DNA of 52,408 nucleotides from Verrucomicrobiota bacterium (GTDB lineage Bacteria; Verrucomicrobiota; Lentisphaeria; Lentisphaerales; Lentisphaeraceae): NCBI GenBank assembly GCA_039798785.1, contig JBDKFG010000069.1, positions 1 to 52,408 of the forward strand, read 5' to 3'. Shown piece by piece: positions 9,280 to 17,381 of this stretch (position 1 is its first letter; each line of letters starts with the position of its first letter). The notes under the pieces were generated by a model. It saw only the letters and a program-made list of their open reading frames with translations, ran no database searches and was not told where the DNA came from. The position numbers and the translations under genes were made by a program.

Positions 9280-11676
9280 TCAGGGGCCGGTTTCGCCGTG
9301 GATGGCGCGCGCGTCATCCGCAGCTGTGGCTTTGCGGAAGACCTCGCGGAAGACCGACTGGCTCATGATTTCGTCGATGGGCTCGGTATCGTCGGCCATA
9401 TAGCCGTCCATGCCGAGGACCATCAGACTCTTGCATTTTGCCTGGGTCTCTGCGGCGCTGAGGAAGCTCGAGAAGGTGTTGTCGTAGTAGCTGGCGTTGT
9501 TGACGATGGTCCAGCCGTAGAACTTCTTGATCAGGCCGCGGTTGACGATGCGCTCGGTGACTTCCATGACGGCGGCGTTGGAGCTGCTGAAATCGAACTC
9601 CTGGAGCTCGCCATACTTCTCGGCCTCATCCAGCCAGCCGGGATAGCGGCCGCTGGTCCAGAAGTAGGAGTCGATGAGGACATTGTAATTGAGCGAAGTG
9701 GCGGCGCTGCGGAAGATGGCGGGGAAGTTGGTGCCGCAGACGATGCGATTGGCAGGGATGCCGGCATTCTTGGCCAGGGTGAGCAGATCGAGGGCATATT
9801 GATCCCAGGAATAGCCGCTGGTACTGGAGTAGTTGAAGCTGCTGTCCTTGCAGTCGAAGTAGAGCTGAATCATCGTACCGGCATCGATCTTCTGCTTGAA
9901 GTCGGCGAGGAAGGCGGGGACATCGGCGACCTGGGTCCAGTCGATTTCCTTGGAGTGATGATGGACTTCGAACTTGATGCCGCTGACGGTCTGCACCGGG
10001 CGGATGTCGCACTCGACGGCGTTCGCCTTCTGGGCGACCGAGTCATTCAGACGGAGGATGTTGTTGCGGCGATGGGCGTAGAGATAGATGGGCTTCTTGT
10101 CGTCGGTGCGGAACAGACTCATGACGCCGTTCGCGACCGGCACATTGCCGGAGCTGTGGAACTGCAGCTCGACATCGCCGGAGGCCGGAAGGAGGAGATC
10201 GACCTTGGCGTACTGGAAGTCGGCGACGCTGGTGACCGCTATGGTCTCGGCGGTGACCGGGACGCTGGCGACGACGCTGCCGTTCTGGAGAGCTTTGAGG
10301 GTGCCGAGGATGGTACCGGCTGGGGCATTGTGCCTGAGCTGGACGATGCCGGCGTAATGGCCCTGACGGAGTCCGGAGGCGAGAGTGGAGCTCATCAGGC
10401 CGCTCTGGCCGCTGCTGGCGGACCAGAGCTGGTCGAAGCCGCCTGAAGCGGCCTGGAGCAGACCGATGCCATGGGTCTGGCCATTGTAGGGCAGACTGAC
10501 ATGGGTGGCCTTGCGGTACTCGTCGCGGACGCGGAACTTGGACTTGGCGACGAGGTTGAAGCTGCCGGTGAAGACGCGGGCTTCGTAATAGCCGGCGGGC
10601 AAGGCGGCGAAGCTCTGGATTCCGTTCGACTGGCTGAGATTGGCCGACTCGAGATAGTTGACGTCTGTGGCACCTTCGGCATAGATGCCGATCCAGCTTC
10701 CCGAGGGGATGTTGCTACAGGCGAAGACGAGGCTCTCGCCGCTGATGAAGACCTGCTGGGCGGGAGTCACTGCGGGGACGACCAGGTTGAAGCTGGTGCC
10801 GGCGAGCTGGGTGTAGCCGTCGTTGGCGAAGACACGGATCTGGTAGGTGCCGCTGCTCAAACCGAGGGCAGAGAAATTCACCGAGCCGCTGCCGGTGCCG
10901 TTGGTGTACTTGTAGTCGAGATAATCGTCATTGGCGGCGCCGCTGCGGTAGAGGCCGATCCAGTCGCTGGAGGTCGGGGCGGCGATGCCCGAGTAGCTGC
11001 CGGTGATGTTGCTGCCCGATACGGTGGCACTGATGGCCGGGCCGGAGGGCGGCGCGGTGATGGTGAAATTCGCGCTGGCGAGCAGGGTGTAGCCGTCGTT
11101 GGCGAAGAGGCGGGCCTGGTAGCTGCCGGCCGCGAGAGTCGGAGAGCTGAAGGTGATGCTGCCGCTGGCGGCGCCTGCGGTGTACTTCCACAGAAGGTAG
11201 GAGCCGTTTCCGGCGCCCGCGGCGTAGATGCCGATCCAGTCCTTGGCGGCTGGACTGGCGATGCCGCTGTAGTTGGCGACGATGTTGGCGCCGGTGGCGA
11301 CATTGGCGCAGCTCAGCGTCGGACCGGTGGGGGGAGAGGCGATGTTGAAGTTGGCGCTGGCGAGCAGGGTGTAGCCGTCGTTGGCGAAGAGGCGGGCCTG
11401 ATAGGCGCCGGCAGGCAAGGTCGGCGCAATGAAGGTGACGTTGCCGCTGGCGGTGCCGCCGGTGTACTTCCAAAGCAAGGAGTGATTGCCGGAACCGGCC
11501 GCGCCGGCACTGGAGCTGTAGATGCCGATCCAATCATTGCTTGTAGGACTGGTGATACCTCCATAAGTGACCGTGATGTTGGCGCCGGGGGCGGCGTCCG
11601 GGGCGGAAAGCGTGGCGGCGCTCAAGATCTGAGCGGCGCACATCAGCAGCAGGAAAAGCCATCGGGAAATCTTCAT
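9280..11676 (-). CDS. Secreted protein: four Ig/SKICH-like repeats plus C-terminal GDPD-like sphingomyelinase D/phospholipase D domain
   Basis: Signal peptide; repeats (D)WIGI/LY..YQARLFANDGY; PIYLYAH, ANAVECD, HHH, FDCK, GWT, GMDGYM, RKATAADD. Confidence 0.75.
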   Translation of the reverse strand: MKISRWLFLLLMCAAQILSAATLSAPDAAPGANITVTYGGITSPTSNDWIGIYSSSAGAAGSGNHSLLWKYTGGTASGNVTFIAPTLPAGAYQARLFANDGYTLLASANFNIASPPTGPTLSCANVATGANIVANYSGIASPAAKDWIGIYAAGAGNGSYLLWKYTAGAASGSITFSSPTLAAGSYQARLFANDGYTLLASANFTITAPPSGPAISATVSGSNITGSYSGIAAPTSSDWIGLYRSGAANDDYLDYKYTNGTGSGSVNFSALGLSSGTYQIRVFANDGYTQLAGTSFNLVVPAVTPAQQVFISGESLVFACSNIPSGSWIGIYAEGATDVNYLESANLSQSNGIQSFAALPAGYYEARVFTGSFNLVAKSKFRVRDEYRKATHVSLPYNGQTHGIGLLQAASGGFDQLWSASSGQSGLMSSTLASGLRQGHYAGIVQLRHNAPAGTILGTLKALQNGSVVASVPVTAETIAVTSVADFQYAKVDLLLPASGDVELQFHSSGNVPVANGVMSLFRTDDKKPIYLYAHRRNNILRLNDSVAQKANAVECDIRPVQTVSGIKFEVHHHSKEIDWTQVADVPAFLADFKQKIDAGTMIQLYFDCKDSSFNYSSTSGYSWDQYALDLLTLAKNAGIPANRIVCGTNFPAIFRSAATSLNYNVLIDSYFWTSGRYPGWLDEAEKYGELQEFDFSSSNAAVMEVTERIVNRGLIKKFYGWTIVNNASYYDNTFSSFLSAAETQAKCKSLMVLGMDGYMADDTEPIDEIMSQSVFREVFRKATAADDARAIHGETGP
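10530..11615 (-). repeat. About four ~90-aa intragenic repeats
   Basis: Near-identical segments such as gcgctggcgagcagggtgtagccgtcgttggcgaagaggcgggcctg occur twice; boundaries approximate. Confidence 0.8.
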
Positions 11677-11734
11677 GTCGTGCCTTCGGTTTCGGGGTTT
11701 GCTGTTACAGCGGAAGACGGTGCGTCTTCAGGCC

Positions 11735-11763
11735 CTTTGTTCCCGAAAAATTTGAAGTGTTAC
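11735..11763 (-). promoter_or_regulatory. GTAAC-N13-CGGGAAC motif, copy 1 (putative ECF promoter)
   Basis: Minus strand gtaacacttcaaatttttcgggaacaaag, upstream of the PLD gene. Confidence 0.55.
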
Positions 11764-11823
11764 TGATTTAGGAACAATCTTCAAGGAAAGATTCCGACTG
11801 CACAGATCATCTCGCGCGAACAA

Positions 11824-12600
11824 TCAGTTGACCTTGGGCCAGAGATTCAGTTCCGGCCTGCTTTGATGAAGCTGCTCGACGTTGTCGGGAGCGATCAGCA
11901 GACCGAGGAGCTGGGCTGCCTGCTCATCATCCCCGGGAAGGGACTGTCCCTGAACGAGAGGGAGATTGCATTGGATCAGCGCCACTTTTCCTTCTTGGAG
12001 CAAAGGGCCCATGGAACCGGAATAGACTTCGGCGAGGATGAGCTGAAAGCGGGTCCCGGCTTCCATCACAGTCAATTCCTGCAGCGCTTGAGGCGGCGCA
12101 TCCGTAGGTTCTTCGCTGAACGGAAGCTGGATGTAGCTGAGCAGTTTCTGCCCGGGGGAAAGGCTGCGGGTCAGCTTGTTCCAATCGCTCCAGGTGCTGC
12201 CCTTGCCGCTGCCGCCGATGCTCTTGGAGGGCATGGTGACGAAGGAATGCCGGCCGGGCAGGATTTTCTCCAAGCCACTTCGCACCGCAGTGAGACGGAT
12301 CTGGTTTTCGGGGGTATCTGGCGGCAGCAGCACCAGGAGCTTTTCGGCGGGACCGAGCATGGATTTGATCTTGGCGGCGAGCTGGCCGGTGAGCAGCGCC
12401 TGCTGGCGAGCTGAACTGGCTTTGTGCTCGGCGGCGAGGATGCGCGCTTCTCGGCCGTCCTTCCAATCCCCAAGCAGGACGATGGCGCCGGCCAGCAGGG
12501 CCAGGCCGAGGCCCTTGGCTGGCCGGTGTTTGATCTTGGTGTCGCGCAGGACTTTGATCGCCCATGCGACACAGACGAAGGCGAGAATGGAGAAGATCAT
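11824..12600 (-). CDS. Membrane-anchored protein (2 N-terminal TM helices plus alpha/beta domain), prepilin partner
   Basis: Two hydrophobic helices; 4-nt overlap with the upstream prepilin gene; remote similarity to 26334..27113. Confidence 0.7.
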   Translation of the reverse strand: MIFSILAFVCVAWAIKVLRDTKIKHRPAKGLGLALLAGAIVLLGDWKDGREARILAAEHKASSARQQALLTGQLAAKIKSMLGPAEKLLVLLPPDTPENQIRLTAVRSGLEKILPGRHSFVTMPSKSIGGSGKGSTWSDWNKLTRSLSPGQKLLSYIQLPFSEEPTDAPPQALQELTVMEAGTRFQLILAEVYSGSMGPLLQEGKVALIQCNLPLVQGQSLPGDDEQAAQLLGLLIAPDNVEQLHQSRPELNLWPKVN

Positions 12601-13301
12601 GGGTTTTTCAGGGTGCTGTCGTAGTGGTAGACGTAGTTGCCGCGTGCATCCTTCTCATAAGTCTGCCCCTTGATGCTGCTGAACAAGCCATAGGAGCCGT
12701 CGACCATCAGCCGATACCAGCGGTAGTCACCCTTCTCAGTATTCCAGAAGACGCTGGCACCGTAGGCGGTGTCGCCGACGATGAGGCCGGTGTTCTGGTC
12801 GAAGGCGGGGCTCTCCTCGAGCATGATGCATGTGCTCGGCTGCGCCACCTTGCCGCCGGGCAGCCAGGCCAGGCTGGTGATGCTGCGATTGAAAGTGCTG
12901 TTGTTGGCGACGTAGTCGCAGCCGAAACGGCGGTACTCGACGTTGGTGGCGATCGGACATTTGTAGATCGGGATCTGGGTGTCGTCCGTCAATTCAATGC
13001 CTAGATACTTGTTCAAGGGACGGTTCTGGACCGTGAGCATGCCGCTTCTGTAACGCGAATCGGAGCCATTGACCCCCCCCCAGGAGGTGCAGGATCCGCC
13101 TGAGAAAGGCGGATAGCAGCTGCGATTATCCTTCTGATAGAGATGCGCCAACGTGGCAATCTGCTTCATGTTGCTGATCCCGACAGCCTTGAGAGCGATT
13201 CTTTTGGTCTTCTTGATCGCCGGCAGCAGCAGCGAGACGAGAATGAGAATGATGATGACGACGGCGAGCAGCTCGATCAAGGTGAATCTTCGTGACCTCA
13301 T
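12597..13301 (-). CDS. Prepilin-type N-terminal cleavage/methylation domain protein
   Basis: [42 protein letters not shown] before ATG 13301. Confidence 0.88.
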   Translation of the reverse strand: MRSRRFTLIELLAVVIIILILVSLLLPAIKKTKRIALKAVGISNMKQIATLAHLYQKDNRSCYPPFSGGSCTSWGGVNGSDSRYRSGMLTVQNRPLNKYLGIELTDDTQIPIYKCPIATNVEYRRFGCDYVANNSTFNRSITSLAWLPGGKVAQPSTCIMLEESPAFDQNTGLIVGDTAYGASVFWNTEKGDYRWYRLMVDGSYGLFSSIKGQTYEKDARGNYVYHYDSTLKNP

Positions 13302-13400
13302 AAATGCCTCCATCCACTGGATTGCTGTTTCCCGGATCCTGCCTCGCCCCTGATCTTAGGATTGTGAATTCCCAGCTCATCAAAGCGCGGCAGCCTAAGC

Positions 13401-13430
13401 CTTTGTTCCCGCGCAGGATGGGATTGTTAC
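13401..13430 (-). promoter_or_regulatory. GTAAC-N14-CGGGAAC motif, copy 2
   Basis: Minus strand gtaacaatcccatcctgcgcgggaacaaag. Confidence 0.55.
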
Positions 13431-13578
13431 GGGCGCAGAGGGGGATTGAGTCCGTTTTTTCAAACTATTCCACTCGAGTTTCAGGATCTCAGCCTAGGAG
13501 TTGGGGAACTCAATGGGGGCATTTCAGCTACGAACGAACTTCCCCTGCCATAAGGAACAATGGGAATCAGAAGATGAC

Positions 13579-14244
13579 TCAGGGATTCGGCAAGAAGGAG
13601 GTGAAGGAGCTTTTGTCTCTCATCTCGACATGTCCATCCAGGAACAACCAGGGATACTGGCTGGTTTTGGGATGGAAGGAGACGGTGCTGGCGAAGGAAT
13701 CGCCGGTCTTGAAACCCCATCCCCAGCCGTAATAGCCGAGCCTGTTGTCGTTGGCGTTGACGGCGGGATTGAAGATGCGTTCACTCATGACGACGATCCC
13801 CGAGCTATCGTCAAGGTTGTCCCAATTGCACGCCGAGAGAGAACCGTAGGAATCGCCGACCAGGTCACGGTTGATCGAGTAGGCGCGGAAGGACTGGCCT
13901 GACGCAATGCCCCGTGTCTGCAAGGGACAGTTGTAGGTGGAGTTCTGAGGACGCAAGGGCGCGCTGTTGCTCGCCATTTCCTCAGCGCTCAATCTCCGTC
14001 CGTCATAGCTCGAAAGCTTGTCGTCCCAGGGCAGGGTGGCACTGTCGGACGCCTCCGGGCCATAGCCTTGATTGTCGTCGCAATAAAGACTGAGCCAAAG
14101 ATTGATCTGCTTGAGATTGTTGAGGCAGACCGCCTGCTGGGCGCTGGCGCGGCTTCGCGCCAGCGCAGGGAGCAGAAGTGAGGCGAGGATGCCGATGATG
14201 GCGATGACGACGAGGAGCTCGATCAAGGTGAAGCGACGGGACAT
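13579..14244 (-). CDS. Prepilin-type N-terminal / H-X9-DG-like domain protein
   Basis: [37 protein letters not shown]-terminal [16 protein letters not shown] before ATG 14244. Confidence 0.9.
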   Translation of the reverse strand: MSRRFTLIELLVVIAIIGILASLLLPALARSRASAQQAVCLNNLKQINLWLSLYCDDNQGYGPEASDSATLPWDDKLSSYDGRRLSAEEMASNSAPLRPQNSTYNCPLQTRGIASGQSFRAYSINRDLVGDSYGSLSACNWDNLDDSSGIVVMSERIFNPAVNANDNRLGYYGWGWGFKTGDSFASTVSFHPKTSQYPWLFLDGHVEMRDKSSFTSFLPNP

Positions 14245-14281
14245 GCGATTCTCCAGTGTTTCTATTGCGATTTCACCTGAA

Positions 14282-14306
14282 GTTCCCGGCAGGAGCCAAT
14301 CGTTAC
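14282..14306 (-). promoter_or_regulatory. GTAAC-N13-CGGGAAC motif, copy 3
   Basis: Minus strand gtaacgattggctcctgccgggaac. Confidence 0.55.
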
Positions 14307-14558
14307 AAGAATCTCCCGGAATTAGGGATTTTTCAGGACTTTGCAAGTCATCTTTCGTGCCCCCCTAGTAGATCCACCCGTGCTGCGGGACTTGAGGAGT
14401 CACGACCAGCAGCATGGACTTCGTCCCCCCCCTTGCACCCCCTGACCCCCCGAAGGTGCCGCCGTCCAGAAGTTTCGCTGAAAGATTCGATCCCCTCGAA
14501 ATTCCCTTGCAGTCCTCGTCCTAGCGATTAGCTTATCGGATCGACGGAGCCGACAAAA

Positions 14559-15071
14559 ATGACAGTCATCGCCCAAATTCAGCCTGGCTTCTCCACCAAC
14601 ACCTTCCTCTTCATACTGATCCCCGGACTGATCTGCATGGGCAGCGCCTTCGCCTCGGCCTCCATCGCCGAATCACGTGCCCGCCCCCTCCTTCAGCACT
14701 TTTTCCTCGGCCTGTTGGCGCCCGTCATCTGGCCGCTTTACATCCATCGCAAGCTCACAGCCGTGGTCCTAGAGGCGACTCCGAAAGAGGAATACTACGT
14801 CAACCGCCCTCGGCGCGAAGACAAGCAGGCCGCCGAATTCGAAGTGGCTCTCGACCTCGATGCCAACTATTTCCGCAAGATCTGGAAGGATGAATCCGGC
14901 GCCTCCCGCGGCCCTTTCATCATCGAAACCGAAGACAACGTCATTCAAGCCATCGCCATCGTTGAAATCCAGGACAAGATCGTGGTCCTGGAGATCCCCG
15001 GCCGCCAGCCGGGCACCACCCAGCGCATACGTCTTCCCTACGAGAAGATCCGCGGCTGCCTCGAAAGCTGA
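14559..15071 (+). CDS. Hypothetical membrane protein
   Basis: Two TM segments followed by a beta-rich C-terminal domain; typical codon usage. Confidence 0.7.
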   Translation: MTVIAQIQPGFSTNTFLFILIPGLICMGSAFASASIAESRARPLLQHFFLGLLAPVIWPLYIHRKLTAVVLEATPKEEYYVNRPRREDKQAAEFEVALDLDANYFRKIWKDESGASRGPFIIETEDNVIQAIAIVEIQDKIVVLEIPGRQPGTTQRIRLPYEKIRGCLES

Positions 15072-15104
15072 TCCCAACCACGCCCCGATGAGGAGTTTGT
15101 TTCC

Positions 15105-16799
15105 ATGTTCCAGATGACTTTTGAATTCAACTGCCCGAAGTGCGACGGCGCCATCCCTCTCGCCCTTGACAGCGACCGCGCCGACTGCCCGAGCTGCGGA
15201 GTCCTCCTCCTCTTCGAAAACATGGGCGATCTCGACAGCGACATGGATGCGGTCCAGACCAAGACCGAACAGACCTTCGACAAACAGTCGGGCCGGATGC
15301 GCGAGACGATCACCGTCTCCTTCTCCCGCAACCAGCTGATGCAGGCTCAGGAACCGGCTCACCCCGCCAGCGGCGGCTCGATCAAGGCCCAGTCCGTTCT
15401 CAATCCCGAAGTGGCCCAGGCCAAGCGGATCGGCAAGCTGAAAGTTGCATCTCCCGTCCACAGCGAACTCCTCGGCGGCACTTCCTCAGGCAGCATCAGC
15501 GTCAAACCCGGAGCCCCGATGGGAGCTCCCGCCGCGCCCGTCGCACCGATGATCGTAGCCAGCGCCCCTGCCAGCACCGCCAACGACGAACTAGACAGCA
15601 TGCGTCGCCAGATGGAAGAGGAACGCGCCCGCTTCGAGGCCGAACGCCGCGCCTTCGAGGAGGCCCGCGCCCTCGAGGCTGAACGTGCCCGTCTCGAGGC
15701 GGAACGCCGCGCCTTCGAAGAAGCACGCGCCAAAGCCGAAATGGAAGAGCGCCTCCGCGCTGAAACCGAAGCCAGAATCAAGGCTGAACTCGAAGCCAAA
15801 CTCCGCGCCGAAGCCGAGGCCAAGGCCGAGGCAGAGGCCAAAGTCAAGGCTGAACTCGAAGCCAAACTCCGCGCAGAGGCAGAAGCCAAAGTCAAGGCTG
15901 AACTCGAAGCCAAACTCCGCGCCGAAGCAGAAGCCAAAGTCAAGGCTGAACTCGAAGCCAAACTCCGCGCCGAAGCAGAAGCCAAAGTCAAAACTGCTCC
16001 ACCTCCGGCCCCGGAAAACAAAGCCGATGAGGCCCCCAAAGCCGATGAGGCCCCCAAAGCCGATGAGGCCCCCAAAGCCGATGAGGCCCCCAAAGCCGAT
16101 GAGGCCCCCAAAGCCGATGAGGCCCCCAAAGCCGCCAAAGCGGGATCAAAAACCGTCGGCCCCAGCGCTAAAACCAGTACCAGCAAAGGCGGAAAAACCA
16201 CCGGTCCGGTCAAAACCGCTGGCACCGCAACGACCGCCCCAACCACCGGTGCGAAAGCCACGACAAAATCGGCAACACCTCGAAAACCAGGCCTGACTCC
16301 CGAACAGCAAAAAGCGATGGACGAAAAAATCGCTTCTCAGTCCAGCACTTTGAAGAAACGGATCCTCTTGGTCAACGTGATAGCCTTCTCCCTGTTTGGC
16401 GGCTGGCTGCTCTACGAGAAAAAATTCAAGAAGCCGGAGACCGCGCCTCTACCCGTTCCGGAATTACCTGCCACTGAGAGGATGAAAATCAAGGAGCCGG
16501 CGGCCAATGCCGTTCCGGCCGCCACCCCGACGACTTCCGAGCAGGCACCCACACCTGCAGACCAATCCATCCCCGGCGACTCCTCCAAGGTCGACCAATC
16601 CATCCCCGGCGACTCCTCCAAGGTCGACCAATCCATCCCCGGCGACTCCTCCAAGGTCGACCAATCCATCCCCGGCGACTCCTCCAAGGAAACCACCCCG
16701 GCTCCCGCCGAAACCCCCTCTTCGGCCGAAACCCCGGCTCCTTCGGACGGCGCGGCGGCGGCGACGGAGCCCCCCGCTCCGGCCCCTTCAACTCCGTGA
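15105..16799 (+). CDS. Zinc-ribbon / coiled-coil (TolA-like low-complexity) single-pass membrane protein
   Basis: CPKC..CPSC at the N-terminus, EAEAKA coiled coil, [19 protein letters not shown], Pro/Ala/Ser tail. Confidence 0.8.
   Translation: MFQMTFEFNCPKCDGAIPLALDSDRADCPSCGVLLLFENMGDLDSDMDAVQTKTEQTFDKQSGRMRETITVSFSRNQLMQAQEPAHPASGGSIKAQSVLNPEVAQAKRIGKLKVASPVHSELLGGTSSGSISVKPGAPMGAPAAPVAPMIVASAPASTANDELDSMRRQMEEERARFEAERRAFEEARALEAERARLEAERRAFEEARAKAEMEERLRAETEARIKAELEAKLRAEAEAKAEAEAKVKAELEAKLRAEAEAKVKAELEAKLRAEAEAKVKAELEAKLRAEAEAKVKTAPPPAPENKADEAPKADEAPKADEAPKADEAPKADEAPKADEAPKAAKAGSKTVGPSAKTSTSKGGKTTGPVKTAGTATTAPTTGAKATTKSATPRKPGLTPEQQKAMDEKIASQSSTLKKRILLVNVIAFSLFGGWLLYEKKFKKPETAPLPVPELPATERMKIKEPAANAVPAATPTTSEQAPTPADQSIPGDSSKVDQSIPGDSSKVDQSIPGDSSKVDQSIPGDSSKETTPAPAETPSSAETPAPSDGAAAATEPPAPAPSTP
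15780..15990 (+). repeat. ~48-bp coding repeats ([16 protein letters not shown]), about 4 copies
   Basis: aaggctgaactcgaagccaaactccgcgc recurs four times. Confidence 0.85.
16023..16130 (+). repeat. 18-bp perfect tandem repeat x6 (ADEAPK)
   Basis: gccgatgaggcccccaaa x6. Confidence 0.95.
16560..16689 (+). repeat. 33-bp tandem repeat, about 4 copies ([11 protein letters not shown])
   Basis: gaccaatccatccccggcgactcctccaaggtc x3 plus a near-complete fourth copy. Confidence 0.95.
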
Positions 16800-17008
16800 C
16801 TCAAGCAAATATGGACCCCCAAGATTTCCGCCGACAATCGGAGCCGAAAGCTCAAGATCTCCGCAGCCGTCTCACTCCTGAACAAATGCGGGCTTTGGAC
16901 GAACGAGTCGCTCAGGACGTGCTTAAATGGAAACGCCTCTTCACCACTATAAACATCCTCGCCCTGGCCGGATTTGTCGCCTTTCTGATCTGGTGGAAAC
17001 TCAGCTGA
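16796..17008 (+). CDS. Small membrane protein
   Basis: GTGA overlap with the upstream stop; C-terminal TM helix. Confidence 0.6.
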   Translation: MTQANMDPQDFRRQSEPKAQDLRSRLTPEQMRALDERVAQDVLKWKRLFTTINILALAGFVAFLIWWKLS

Positions 17009-17379
17009 AGCTGGCTGCGGGGCTGTTTATTTTCGGTGCTTGCTCCGCCCCCCCCGTCCCCGCCCCCGCCGCGTCTTCCCAGGTCGAGCGGGGGCGGCTG
17101 CTTTTCCTCGCCTCCTGCACCGCCTGCCACAGCTTTGAGAACGAACTCGGCGGCGGTCCTTCCCTGCACGGACTGCCGGGCAGCCGCATTGAAGTCCGTG
17201 ATTTGCGGGGAGAGCTGAAAAGTCTCGTGGCAGATGACGCCTATCTGATCCGGGCGATGATCATTCCCGATTATGAATTACGAGGCGACTGGCCGGCGAG
17301 CATGCCCTCTTGGGGAGGCTCACCCGAAGAGCTGCAAGATCTTCTGGCCTTCATCAAAAGCCACTTCGCCACGCACTGA
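16993..17379 (+). CDS. Monoheme cytochrome c, probable lipoprotein
   Basis: FIFGAC lipobox-like; CTACH heme motif; GPSLHGL; ADDAYL..P..SMP (axial Met); start uncertain. Confidence 0.8.
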   Translation: METQLKLAAGLFIFGACSAPPVPAPAASSQVERGRLLFLASCTACHSFENELGGGPSLHGLPGSRIEVRDLRGELKSLVADDAYLIRAMIIPDYELRGDWPASMPSWGGSPEELQDLLAFIKSHFATH

Positions 17380-17381
17380 AG

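Noticed and set aside
16560..16689. 33-bp repeats as a possible CRISPR array
   Set aside because: Head-to-tail with no spacers, in frame within a CDS, and no cas genes
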